Shown: positions 27,010 through 40,652, numbered from the stretch's first letter. The stretch is DNA of 64,000 bases from Ruditapes philippinarum (GCF_026571515.1 NW_026865692.1:62001-126000), one strand, 5' to 3'. Program-made: numbers and translations. Notes: a model not told the origin generated them from the sequence alone.

Positions 27010-27244
27010 GAGCCGCGTCATGACAAAACCAACATAATGGGTTTTCGACCAGCATGGATACAGACCAGCCTGCCCATCCGCGCAGTCTGATCAGGATCCA
27101 TGCTGTTCGCTATCAGTTTCTCTACTTGTAATAGACTTGGTAAGCGAACAGCATGGATCCTGATCATACTGCGCGGATGCACAGGCTGGTCTGGATCCAT
27201 GCTGGTGGCAGACTCATTACGTTGGTTTTGTCTCGACGCGGCTC
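27010..27244. mobile_element. Palindromic MITE family A, copy 3 (ATAT TSD)
   Basis: atat|gagccgcg...cgcggctc|atat. Confidence 0.9.
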
Positions 27245-27766
27245 ATATTATAAAATGTCATAACTCTTTCAAGAGGACAATTTCTTCACATATAGATATA
27301 CAATGCACTTCTTCTATACATCGACTAAGCTCTGACAACGAGTTTCATACCTAAGCTTCAGGTGGTTTTAAGAGAAATAGGACTTTATCAATCGCAACTT
27401 TTCGGCCCTTTCCGTAAGTCTCCGTTATTATAGATAATAGTCGAGGATGTTCCGATTGGACTATATTATCACTAATGGCCCTTCTGAGAGCAGCAATATC
27501 AGCATCAAATAATGACGTCAGGGAAAACCAGCCCCGCACATGACAAAAATGTACTCATTATTGGAATTACAAAAACAGTCGAAAGAAAGCGTATATGCGA
27601 CGTCTGTCGATTTCTTCTGCATAATATAAGGATCTGCTGAACTACCAAAAATAACTATGGTAATAATACTAAGTATCATATGTGATAAGTCGCCATGTTA
27701 TAATTATAATATGGACGTTGTCGGTGTGAGATACAGAATCTACAAAATTAATAGCAGACAATGTTT

Positions 27767-27993
27767 GAGCCGCGTCACGACAAAACCAACATAGTGCGTT
27801 AGCGACCAGCATGGATCAAGACCAGCCTGCGCATCCGCGCAGTCTGATCAGGATCCATGCTGTTCGCTATCAGTTTCTCTACTTGTAATAGGGTTTGTAA
27901 GCGAACAACATGGATCCTGATCAGACTGCGCAGGCTGGTCTGGATCCATGCTGGTCGCAAACCCACTATGTTGGTTTTGTCGTGACCCAGCTC
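27767..27993. mobile_element. Palindromic MITE family A, copy 4
   Basis: Same arms, with a small internal deletion. Confidence 0.9.
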
Positions 27994-28346
27994 ACTTAAT
28001 CGTTCAATAATAAAAATATTAGTATTCATCATATTAATGTTAATACTAAACCACTTAGAACTCTTTCAACACTTTTTTCAAGAAGTATTTTATATGAATA
28101 TTTAAATGATTTCCATTGTTTTTATCAATATTTGAAATGTCTAGGTTCTATAAATAGTATGCCTATTTTAGGCCAATTCACTTACACTGATTGAGTAGTA
28201 GTGGCTAAGATAGTTTTCCAGAAAATGTCCTTGCAGTCTGAAAGACTATTTTTGATGATTGCTGTGGATCGTAGTATTTGCATAATGAAATGTATTGCTT
28301 ATACTTCTATCAAATTCCAATTCACAGCAAGCCAATTACAAAATAT

Positions 28347-28582
28347 GAGCCGCGTCATGACAAAACCAACATAATGGGTTTGCGACCAGCATGGATCCAG
28401 ACCAGCCTGCGCATCCGCGCAGTCTGATCAGGGATCCATGCTGTTCGCTATCAGTTTCTCTACTTGTAATAGGGTTTGTAAGCGAACAGCATGGATCCTG
28501 ATCAGACTGCGCGGATGCGCAGGCTGGTCTGGATCCATGCTGGTTGCAAACCCATTATGTTGGTTTTGACATGACGCGGCTC
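28347..28582. mobile_element. Palindromic MITE family A, copy 5 (ATAT TSD)
   Basis: atat|gagccgcg...cgcggctc|atat. Confidence 0.9.
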
Positions 28583-28775
28583 ATATCTAGAATTGATGTT
28601 TATTCATTGATTGTTAGATTGCGGACTCGTATGGACAAATAAATGGTAGAGTAGATAGATATACCTGTGTTGCTATCATTTATATTATTTATATTGCCCA
28701 ATTCAACATAATGAAATTACAGTTCCGGGGGGGGGGGTCACCGTTTATGCGTAAATAGGTCAAGGTCATTTAGCA

Positions 28776-28985
28776 ATGGTGGCTGATTTGTACGGGGTGC
28801 CGGACGAAAATACGACAAAGTTAACGTTTCTGATATACTTTAAGTCAACATTTTGTTGTACTTTCGCGTCGCGGGGCGCAAATGCGAAAACACGAAAATA
28901 CGACACTCGCCACTTATATATTTTCGTGTTTTGGTCGGCGTCCCCGCGGAGCCGAAGTATGTCAAGGCATAAATCAGCCACCGTA
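28776..28985. mobile_element. GC-rich MITE with ggtggctgattt / aaatcagccacc termini
   Basis: Inverted termini. A related right half is at ~49247-49607. Confidence 0.65.
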
Positions 28986-29631
28986 TCATTGTGTTCTAAT
29001 AAACTCAGCTCACATACATCTATAAATTATACATGTATAGATTTAAATCTGACTCTATCTTTTTGGAGAAATAAGACGCAAGTAACACACAATTTTGATT
29101 CGATATTTTTTTATTACCTATAATTGTTATAATTTCTTTCATTTGATGTAATATGTTTCATTTTCTTTGGCCATACGCCATCGCTCTATCGCACTGAAAA
29201 ATAAAAATACAACATTGTGTATGTATAAGTGTGTGTTCTTCAAGGGATGATTTCAAATAAATTAACTAAATTTATAAATGTACCATCTAAACGTGATATA
29301 AGTTTAACCGTTCTTAATTTATAAAGTTATTGCTTCAAGATTGTAAAATGAACATTCATATTCATAATATTATTAGAATCAAAGTTCAGAAGTGACTGAT
29401 GGAACGATTTAAATATTTAAATAAGAGACATTAATATGAATACAACCTTGCAGGTTAAGTTCGTCTTTTTCTATACAGAAAAATGATGATTTTGAGAAAT
29501 CATATATAAAAAATATGCGTTTAGATAATCATGAAGCTAAATTATCATTTAACTAAAGATTTTAATACTTCATAGAACCTTTTTTTCTTCGTGTAAAATG
29601 TGTAAATACTAAATTGGTTTTGCTATATTAC

Positions 29632-29915
29632 GATCAGCATAAGTTAAGCTTAGCATAAATTTAGATCAGCATAAGTTAAGCTTAGCATAAATTAAGATCA
29701 GCATAAGTTAAGTTCGACATAAATAAAAATCAGCATTATGTAAGTTTAACATAAATTAAGATCAGCATAAGTTTATCTTATCATTTATTAAGATCAGCAT
29801 AATGTTAGCTTATCATTAATTAAGATCAGCATAATGTTAGCTTATCATTAATTAAGATCAGCATAAGTTAAGCTTAGCACGAATTAAGATCAGCATAAGT
29901 TAAGTTCAGCATTAG
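29632..29915. repeat. 32-bp tandem repeat (gatcagcataagttaagcttagcataaattaa), ~9 copies
   Basis: Read directly. The unit is itself two related 16-mers. Confidence 0.88.
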
Positions 29916-30077
29916 CTACGTTTAGATCTGGAACATGTCTAGCTAGTGTCGTTTTATTGAAGATTATCAAATCAATTTTTGACGACATAGTTTTGTAAAG
30001 TACCAGTATGTAAAGCTGAGTGACATGTTCACCGACACAAACTGAAACGTTGTAGATGTTCCGATCACAAAATACAT

Positions 30078-31420
30078 GTATAACTTTTATATTACATTAA
30101 TGTTTGGAAACGGGCATAAAAACATACCTATATAAACTTTAATATGACATTAATTTTTTTGGAAACGGGCATGAAAACATACCTTAAAATTTTCCACTAT
30201 ATAAACTTTTATATGACATTAATTTTTGGAAACGGGCATAAAAACATACCTTTAAATTTTCCACTATATAAACTTTAATATGACATTATTTTTTTGGAAA
30301 CGGGCATAAAAACATACCTTTCAATTTTCCACTATATAAACTTTTATATGACATTATTTTTTTGGAAACGGGCATAAGAACATACCTTTAAATTTTCCAC
30401 TATATAAATTTTTATATGACATTACTTTTTTGGAAAAGGGCATAAAAACATACCTTTAAATTTTTCACTATATAAACTTTTATATGACATTAATGTTTGG
30501 AAACGGGCATAAAAACATACCTTTAAATTTTCCACTATATAAACTTTAATATGACATTAATTTTTTGGAAAAGGGCACAAGAACATACCTTTAAATTTTG
30601 CACTATATAAACTTTTATATGACATTAATTTTTAGGAAAAGGGCATAAGAACATACCTTTAAATTTTCAACTATATAAACTTTTATATGACATTATTTTT
30701 TTGGGAAAAGGGCATAAAAACATACCTTTAAATTTTCCACTATATAAACTTTTATATGACATTTATATGTTGGAAAAGGGCATAAAAACATACCTTTCAA
30801 TTTTCCACTATATAAACTTTTATATGACAATAATTTTTTGGAAAAGGGCATAAAAACATACCTTTAAATTTTCCACTATATAAACTTTTATATGACATTA
30901 ATTTTTTGGAAAAGGGCGTAAAACATACCTTTCAATTTTCCACTATATAAACTTTTATATGACATTAATTTTTTGGAAAAGGGCGTAAAACATACCTTTC
31001 AATTTTCGACTATATAAACTTTTATATGACATTAATTTTTTGGAAAAGGGCATAAAAACATACCTTTCAATTTTCCACTATATAAACTTTAATATGACAT
31101 TAATTTGTTGGAAAAGGGCATAAAAACATACCTTTCAATTTTCCACTATATTAACTTTTATATGGCATTATTTTTTTTGGAAAAGGGCATAAAAACATAC
31201 CTTTCAATTTTCCACTATATAAACTTTTATATGACATTAATTTTTTGGAAAAGGGCATAAAAACATTCCATTAAATTTTCCACTATATAAACTTTTATAT
31301 GACATTAAATTTTTGGAAAAGGGCATAAAAACATTCCATTAAATTTTCCACTATATAAACTTTTATATGACATTAACTTTTTGGAAAAGGGCATAAAAAC
31401 ATACCTTTCAATTTTCCACT
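30078..31420. repeat. ~68-bp satellite array, ~19-20 copies, abutting the stop codon of the minus-strand lectin
   Basis: Unit tatataaacttttatatgacattaattttttggaaaagggcataaaaacatacctttaaattttccac; period 68 (e.g. 30781 to 30849). Confidence 0.95.
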
Positions 31421-34400
31421 TAGGTGCTTTCGTCACCACAGTCACAAATGAAGTTATTCGAACTTGTGCAACTGACGTCTTCCATCTTCCAGGTACTAAC
31501 ACTCTGCATTCTAATACAGTTGTTGGAAGTACTTCCGGTCGGTTTACCACTCTGCCAATCTAAGTCAGTGAAAAGTTCCCCAGTGGGCGCTTCAATAAAC
31601 TGACCCTCCTCCAGTGTATCCATGACACCAAAAGCTACATTACTTTGCACTGTAAATAGAGGAAAATTTGTTTTAAAAAGGTCTCGCAAACTTTTGATCT
31701 TGTTTAGTGATCGTGACCACTGTTTTTATTACCTGCAAAAATGTGACAGGAGTTACAAAATTTTACTCGTTAACAGGTGAAACAATAATGATGGTAAAAA
31801 GTATTTCATTTCCTTTTTCTTATTTATACATGTATATAAGCCGCGTCAGGACAAAACCAACATAATGGGTTTGCGACCAGCATGGATCCAGACCAGCCTG
31901 CGCATCTGCGCAGTCTGATCAGGATCCATGCTGTTCGCTTACCAACTCTATTACAAGTAGAAAAAAACTGATAGCAAACAGCATGGGTCCTGATCAGACT
32001 GCGCGGATGCGCATGCTGGTCTGAATCCATGTTGGTCACAAACGCACTATGTTGATTTTGTCATGACGCGACTCATATCTATTATTGCTTTCGATCGGTC
32101 TGCAAGCATCAGAAGTCATTATCAAAAACAGTACCCGTGAAAAGAGGTAATGCTTCACCTGGCCTTTATTTTGACGTCAAGTATTTTTTTTTATAAATCT
32201 CCTATGTTATCAGTACAATCTGCCAAGGGAGGTAATCACTTTGAGGAGTTTGATGTTATTAGAACAATCTGCCAAGGGAGGTAATCATTGTGAGTAGAAC
32301 AAAGACGCGTTGTGTAAAAGTGGTTCATTTTACTCTGTTAACAGCACAGGCACGAGTATCGGACCTGGGAAGAAAAAATATGACCAGATTGATAAAAAAA
32401 AACCGTGCTCATCTTAAAAGTGTAAAAAAAATGTAAATAATGACCCCCTTTAAAAATATACTGTAAGTTATGAGAAGGCCGGAAACTCCAGATTCGAGCC
32501 TACGGGCAAGGGATTCATTTCTCGGGCCGTTGTGAAAACAATTGGCCAGACAATTAAAAAAAACTATTATCACTATTTCACGTTTATATTAAGCTTCAGA
32601 ATGAGACCAACCCAAAGTCTCTAGCCCTTCCCGTTCATGAAATATCTATCAGGAAACGAGCGACTTCGTGCTGAAAATCCTTGGTAGACTGAATTTCGGC
32701 ACAACAATTCGGTACGTAAACATAGACTAATACATGTATGTCAGCTGACTACGGATCAAAATTACTTGAATTTACTAAATAATATTACTAAATACATTAA
32801 GATGAACAACTCACAGCCGTCAGCAGCATCTAATACACGCGAGATTCGAGTTTCAAACATTTACACGGTCTTTCAATCGCTTTCTACGCCATTAGGCATC
32901 TTGTGTGAAACGTTGCGGTTTTCGTTGCTATTGGCCAATCAGAAGACTCGTTACAAAATATCGAACAGCTGATTGACAATGGCGTAGAAAGTAATCTAAA
33001 GACCGTGGAAAGGTTTGAAATTCGAATTTTGCGTGCATCAGATGCTACTGACGGTTGTGAGTGGTCCAACTTTATGTATTTAGTAATATTATTTAGTAAA
33101 TTCAAGTGATTTTGACCCATACTCAGCTGACATACATGTATTAGTCTATGTTTACGTATCGAATTGCTGTGCCGCAATTCTGTCTACCACGGATTTTAAG
33201 CACGAAGTCGCTCGTTTCCTAGATATTTCATGAACGGCTAGAAGCTTGATGTTGGTCTCATTTTGAAGCTTAATATAAACGTGAAATAGTGATAAAACTT
33301 TTTTTTAATTGTCTGGACAATTGTTTTCACAACGGCCCGGGAAATGAATCCCTTGCACTTACGAACTTTCGCTTTACGTATATGCAGTATTTCGATAGAG
33401 TGGAAGTCAGTGCGCGAACATGCGCTTTGCCATATCTCGTTCAGTTACCGCTCACGTTTTAAACTCGGTTGCTATGAAGCGACACTAAGTGTACATGGCT
33501 TTTTCAACTAAAATATCAGACAGACACATTAAAACAATACACATAAACTACACATTGCATTTGAAATTGATAATCAAACAAATATCTCAATATTCTTACC
33601 GATTTAATGTATTGTTTACATGTGATGACAGCAACGCTGTGTGTTAGATTACTTTCGGTTCAGAAAATTCATTTGTTTACCATCAAAACTGATATGTTTA
33701 CCATAGGAACCATATATAGATAGAAAGCAAATTAAACAAAGGTAAAGAAAAAATTGTCCGTTTCTGAACAAAAAATCGAATAAATAAATACAAAGTCTTT
33801 TTAACATGTCCCTTCTTTGAGTTCATTTGAAAGGGGAATAATTTGGTGGAATTAGACAGGGAAACAGGGAGTTATCTTACATGGCTAGGGAATATGGCCG
33901 ACTGAAATCATGCAAGCAAGTTTGTAAGTGCCTTGCTCGTAGGCTCGAGTTTCCGGCCTTCTCTTAACTTCTAGTATATTTTTAAAGGGGGTCATTATTT
34001 AGATTTTTTTGTTTTTGTTTTTTTGACACTTTTAAGATGAACACGTTTTTTTTTTTATCAATCTGGTCATATTTTTTCTTCCCAGGTCCGATACTCGTGC
34101 CTGTGGTTAACAGTTCTTACTTTGTGAATGTTATAAATAGTGTATTATATTCGTGTAGGTTCATTACTTTATGTATTGAACTCGTTGAATAAAATAACAT
34201 TATGCTTCATAAAGGCTGGCATGACATTATTTTACTAATCTAATTCAATAAATTCAGTACTGAACATAATGGGGGACAGTAGTGGATTATCTTCCCTTGA
34301 TAAAAACCGAGGTTAACCAAAATGTAAATAGGTCAAAATATTTGGAATCCTTTGCTTTTATCGTTGAGTTTTATATAAGACAGGTTGACATATCTTAATC

Positions 34401-37400
34401 AATTATTTACATATGCATCAACAAATATGTAAACCTTAAGGAAAAATGTTTCATTTATGTCAGATTCTACATCTTATCGCAATATCTAATCTGAATATTA
34501 CAAATGATCATAATTAGCCCTAATTAATTTAGTTTGCTGCAAAGAAATAGGCGATAAAGTCCGAGAGTCCAATCTATTTATAGGGAGTACTCAGGGGAGG
34601 TTATTCACTACTGTCCCTCATTATACTTATTTAATATTATTGATAATAAGAATATTGTCACTGTCAAAGTTAAAGAAAGGTACAACTTTAGCTTAAACCT
34701 TTTCATGTGTTTTGGTCAGAAGTTTTACCGTTATATATTGCAGTGCAGGTGTTCGGTAGGTAACAATTAACTTAGCTGTTTCCATTTCATAATTTTTTAA
34801 TGAAGTAGCAATAGATGTCTTGACTTTTTCGACAGATACATTACTTTTATGATGACGATTTTTGCAGACTTCACAATTTATTTAACAAATTACAGGGCAG
34901 TCTGAATTTGTTACATACAATTACATATTGTAACAAATACGACGTACATTAATAATTGTTGGATTTTAGAAAAATAGATCCAAATAAAACAATAATAAAT
35001 ATGGACTTATAATAACGAATTGAAAATAGACTTAATTGAGCAACAAAATATAAAATGATATTCTGACTCTATCATATTTTTATAACATAGGTGACACAAT
35101 CTTGTACATTTGTATCTCTTTCTACATTACTAAATCTTTCTGGTTATGACTCTACACACTGTGAACATAATCGTAAACTGGTTAATCGTTACCTTTACTT
35201 CTCATTTGATACAAATATTTTCCAAATTAAAAATCAGTTTTACAAAGAACTGATATCATTACTCTATACCTCTACAATAAGAACTGATCTACGTAATGTT
35301 AGGCTAGATTTTTTTTCTCTAAAAAATTCGGAAAACCGAGATGAATAGAATTTAAACAGAATTTATTTCACTAGCATTAACATTGTTCAAGATATTATTG
35401 GGCCAGTGCTATATACTAATCTTTCATGAATTTAAAGTTGAATAACTCTATCCTTATCAATTAAAAATAATCCATAAATACATTTCTACATTATTTTCAT
35501 CAAATCACAGTCGTAAGAAAACAAAACACGCTATCGATGTTATAAAACAAATCCTGTTATGTAATTGGTAATATTTTAATGGAGGGGGTGAATATTATTA
35601 CATACCGCCAGTCTGAGATGCGAAACCTTGAATTTGTGTTTTTAAGGCCGCACTAGGCACAGCCATCTTGCAGCCGAGCGCAATGCAATAATTCTGAAAT
35701 AAAAAAAAAACGCACACTGTCATCTAATGCATTAACACCTTAAAATATATCAAATACATTATTTTTATTTATTTTTGCAATTTTCGTGTACAATTTAAAA
35801 TAGGCCTATTTCCCGAAAAGCTTTGAAGATATATTTGTTGTAAATCATAGTTTCAAGAAAGTGTAGACATTTTATGCAAATTTTGCCAATTTAATGGAGA
35901 AACAAGTATTGCGTAATTAAAGCGTGACTTCATTTTAATTAATGACAATGATATTGAGGATTTGAGTGCAACATGTACTCCCTATGTAAGTACAACTTAA
36001 GAAAAACAACAACTACGTAACTTTGCGGCTAATTCGGCTCAAACATCCGGAGAAGAATTACCCATAATAAAGTTATCTTCTAACCGACACCTAATATACA
36101 TGTATGTCAACCTAATATACATGTATGTCACTCGCTCTTTGCGCCTGCGTGAACAACAGATATATCTCACTTGACAATAATAAGTAAAATGGTAAAAATA
36201 AAAAATATCACCTCCCGGAAAGTACATCGCCTCACTCGTCCCTCAACCTCCATCCCCACCCCTCAAATAAATGCTGATGAAAACAGAAGAGACATTATAT
36301 ATCTGGATAATAATACTTACGTATGCATGCGTAAATTTCACTGTACTTTTTCCTGCAACGAAACACCGACCAGAAAATGCTGTGGAACCACTTGGGCCTA
36401 AAATGTCAATAAATATGTTTCAAAAAGAATGTTACGGGAACTGTTTGTGTTTTTTTACCGACCTAGAACATGAATATTTATAAATCGAGACATAACATCA
36501 CCGTAAAAAATATGACGCAAACTAATTTGAAGCAGCATCACTCCAGACTCCAGAGTCATTCTAATTTTCATGACAAGTTTTAAAATGTATTTATTAAAAT
36601 GTCAGATATTGTCGAGTGAACAAAGAAAGTAATTAACACATTAAAGCACGGACTAAAAAAATCTACGAAAATTACCAAAAAAAGCTTAAATATGCAAAAA
36701 TAGCCCACACTGCGTAAGTAACAGTAGAAAAATCAACAGTTAACTGATGGGACAAGGGAATGTGGTTTTGACTACTAATTTAATGGATCTTGACCATTTA
36801 TTGAAGAAAAATTTGGCTATTGATTGAAGGGGATTTTGACCATTGATTAGGAAACTTTTAACCTTTGGTTAAGGACATTTGTGCTACTGATTTAGGGGAT
36901 TTTGACCATTAATTCGGGGAGATTTTGACCATTGATTTAGGGGATTTTGACCATTGATTAAGGAGATTTTAGCCATTGATCGTGGAGATTTGACCATTGA
37001 ATGAGAGGATTTTTACCATTTATTATGGAGAGTTTTACTATTTATTGATAAGATTTTGACTACTTATCGAGGACAATTTTACCATTGATAAAGGGGATGT
37101 TGACAATTAACTGAGGGCCCTTTGACCAAATGAATTAGGAGATTTTGATTATTTTATTAAGGCTTAGAACAATATGCGACTGTTCCACTAATTTTATTCT
37201 TTTTTTTTTGGGACAAAATCTTGCATACAAACACGAACAATAGTAATAAAAACAGTCAAAGTCAACTTACAAGATGAAAATATCTCTCTGGTACAAAGCA
37301 GTACGACAAACNNNNNNNNNNNNNNNNNNNNNNNNNNNNNNNNNNNNNNNNNNNNNNNNNNNNNNNNNNNNNNNNNNNNNNNNNNNNNNNNNNNNNNNNN

Positions 37401-37493
37401 NNNNNNNNNNNNNNNNNNNNNNNNNNNNNNNNNNNNNNNNNNNNNNNNNNNNNNNNNNNNNNNNNNNNNNNNCACTCGGTTTGCACATATCAT
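31420..37493 (-). CDS. Divergent secreted C-type lectin-like domain protein (4 coding exons; exon 1 spans the N gap)
   Basis: Exons 37493-37271 (MICANRV[gap]FVVLLCTREIFSS, phase 1), 36397-36321 (CPSGSTAFSGRCFVAGKSTVKFTHAY), 35693-35606 (NYCIALGCKMAVPS...SQTG) and 31649-31420 (VQSNVAFGVMDTLEEGQF...DWQSGKPTGSTSNNCIRM...WKMEDVSCTSSNNFICDCGDEST*). GT-AG introns, phases 1,0,1 as in the other lectins. The split codon t|gc creates the first CTLD Cys. Confidence 0.8.
31838..32074. mobile_element. Palindromic MITE family A, copy 6
   Basis: Same arms, atat flanks. Confidence 0.88.
32345..34105. mobile_element. 1.76-kb non-autonomous DNA transposon with ~165-bp TIRs and 8-bp TSD (P- or hAT-like), containing an internal ~850-bp foldback
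   Basis: TIR cacaggcacgagtatcggacctgggaagaaaaaatatgaccagattg... and its reverse complement at the right end. TSD gttaacag at 32337-32344 and 34106-34113. Internal palindrome at 32507-33355. Confidence 0.85.
36770..37150. repeat. Degenerate ~21-22-bp tandem repeat (ggattttgaccattgattta)
   Basis: Read directly; lies in intron 1 of the minus-strand lectin. Confidence 0.75.
37312..37472. other. Assembly gap (161 N)
   Basis: Run of n characters. Confidence 1.
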
Positions 37494-37784
37494 TTCGTTA
37501 TCACTTGGTTCGCACTTAATAAACCCATTTTTTCAGAGTGTGAAGCAACATCTTAAGAAATAATTTTGTATACAATTTTGTGTTATATTAATAACTTTCA
37601 TATCAACATTGTTTTATATGTTTTCCGTCATTTATTATTAAATGGCCATTTCCCAAGTTTGTGTTACATTGATAACTATCATTTCAACATTGTACGACCA
37701 TTTTAATTTCAAAAGTGTAGGTGTTATTCTTGAAAATCAAATAGAGAAAATCTCATTAGGCAAAATTACAACAAATTGAAAATT

Positions 37785-38019
37785 GAGCCGCGCCATAACG
37801 AAACCAACATAATCCGTTTGAGACCAGCATTGAACCAGACCAACCCGCGCATCCGCGCAGTCTGGTCAGGATCCCTGCTGTTCGCTATCAGTTTCTCTAC
37901 TTGTTATAGAGTTCGTTAGAGAACAGCATGGATCCTGATCAGACAGCGCGGATGCGTAGGCTGGTCTGGATCCATGCTGGTCGCAAATGCACTATGCTGG
38001 TTTTGTCATGACGCAGCTC
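37785..38019. mobile_element. Palindromic MITE family A, copy 7
   Basis: Same arms, more diverged. Confidence 0.88.
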
Positions 38020-39398
38020 ATTAATGTTGACATTAATAATTTTATAGATTTGTTAACAGTGGTATTATTTTTGTATTTATTAATGATTGATTTGTTTGTT
38101 TGTTTATTTATTTATTTATTTATTTATTTATTCATTCATACTTTTATCCATCATTCAGTCGTCCGTTCGTTCTTTCCTTCCTTCCTTCCTTCATTAATTC
38201 ATACATACATACATTCATTCATTCATTAAATTCATTTCTTGTATGTAAGCATAGAAATTTTCGGAACAAAATATATTGTTGCTATTTTAAGAACGGTTTC
38301 GACAATTTAGTTATGATTTTGTGTATGTGCCATTTGCTCTAAAATAAATTTATAGACGATTTTCAAGTTTTCTTCTCAATACGTAGGAATAATTTTCATC
38401 AAGTGGTATGAAAATTTATATTTCAAGAGTGGCGGTAGCCACAAGTGAATTATGATAATTTTCATACACTTAATTTAAAATTTATATGTAAAACAAGGCC
38501 GCACGGAACCCTGTATAAAGCCACGTACTGCTCTATTATTGGTTATATTGTAGCTCTCTTTGTTTAGGTCTGAAAGTCGAAAAGTTGTTATGAGCGATGA
38601 GTACAATGGGCGAACATGTACTAAAATGTGTTGTTTTCAGTAAAAGAAACGCATTTTGAGTTAAATAGCAATGATATCTTGTGCACAAGTGCAAGTTTGC
38701 ATTTCCATCTTTTGTAAAGTTGCATAACGAATTAGTGCACCTTTAAAAAAAACGAGTACAATGGTCAAACCAAAAATGTGTACAAATGCCCCAAAGATTT
38801 TATTGCCTGTCCTATTTCGTCATTTTTTTCATTTAATTATGCCTGTTTCTCGCTTCCGTCTTTGAAATCATACAAATATAATACTTGAAAGTAGGAAGAA
38901 TTCTTAAATTAAATGAATTCAGTTTTCTTGCTATACATTCTCATCTTAATTGTATTCTGCTTTGATATCACAATTATTTTGGAAATAAAGTCAGCCGTTC
39001 TTATTTCTTTGTAGTTCAGACGCAGAAAAAGGTGTTCCTTTAAATGAAAAATATGTTTACGTATATCTATTGAATTTATACATGTATTGTATATTTTAAA
39101 TTTTAATATTGCGCTTATATTATCGTTAAATACGTCATTACACCATATTAAGTAATTCAATATATTTACATGAATCGAAAATTCTTATGTGTTTATTTGC
39201 CGGCATTACTGTCAATTATTAATTTTACATATATCAAAATATGAAAAAAAGTCTGCCAAAAGTATTGAGCCTAGTCAGACCGCGTGGATGTGCACGCTGG
39301 TTTGGTTTTATACTGGTGACATAGTCTGATCACTTCCGGTTCCGACAGGGTAAAAACTTAATTATTCATAAACAAATATGGTGACATAATTTATTTTC

Positions 39399-39429
<31 letters not shown>

Positions 39430-40652
39430 GAAGATTCGTCGTAAAGACTGCACGTACTTTAGAAAAAGAAATGAATACACAATTATATACGAATAAATGC
39501 ATACCTTTTATGTAAAAGATTATGATAAAATTATTTGCTTTTAAAATTAACAGAAAAAAACCTTACCTTTCATAGTTAAATTTTCCTTCTATTATAAAAA
39601 TATCTCTGAAATATTGTTGATTTTCATGTATATAGTAAAACACACTAGCTTCGACTGACCAGTTGTCATTTTTTTTACAATAAAAAATAATTGAATCAAC
39701 CCGAGGCTATGCTTTTCAATTAGATACACTAATTAAATGTTAAATGATAAAATCAAAAGTCTATATTATTCGTGTTCATCTTACAACGCTTAGATTTTAT
39801 CATCAGAATGACATAAACAACAATGAAGTTCGTCAATAAATGATTTTAAAAGATCGTTGCAATAATTTGTTTATGTTTATCAATTAATTAACATACAAAC
39901 ACGTTCTTAAACTAGCGAAGCTGATTCAATTCAATTCAAATAGTTTATTTTCGTCATCATCACAACAAATCCTTACAATTAAAATGAATAAAACTGATAA
40001 AAGTACAGAATAACATAAAACGTATAAGCAAAGTAAATGTATTTCAAAACAGATGAACATTTGAAAACGTAGCAATTTATAAACTGCACACAATTCTCTA
40101 TGTTTTGCAATATACATGTATATAATGGTGCGTGTAAAATAGAGAAAAATCGAAATCCCTAAAGAACTCCAAAACAAAAAATTGAAAATGTTGCTATCAT
40201 AAAAATTATGAATAGTTAACATATAGAAAAAAGAGTTACTTCGGGTAATTTCGAAACTTTTTTTAAAAATTTGTTCATAAAAGTTTAGGTGTCGATGTGA
40301 CAAGGCCATATTTTAACGTATTTTAATGTGAAATATATTTTTTTATTATTTTTGTTACATGGTTATATAAACAAGGTATGCAGCATATGAGTACGAAACT
40401 TGTGGGTATGTCCATTCTCGGTGTCAAATTCCACCGGGTGGTAATACCGTCGGATTTTCGCATGGAATCAATTCAATATATATTTTTCTATCAAAACTGA
40501 CTATGAACAGATCTTTATTTACATGTAAATAACCACTGCAAAGTCCGAAAGTAAGAATCCAACCAGGTCCGAAAGATGAGACCGTCATGACATGTACATT
40601 GTAGCCTGATATGTATGCTTTTTAAATGCATCAACAAAGAGATCAGATGAGT

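Noticed and set aside
33595-33700. Possible extra minus-strand exon (gtaag donor at 33599) for the divergent lectin
   Set aside because: In-frame stop in the required phase, and it lies inside a transposon.
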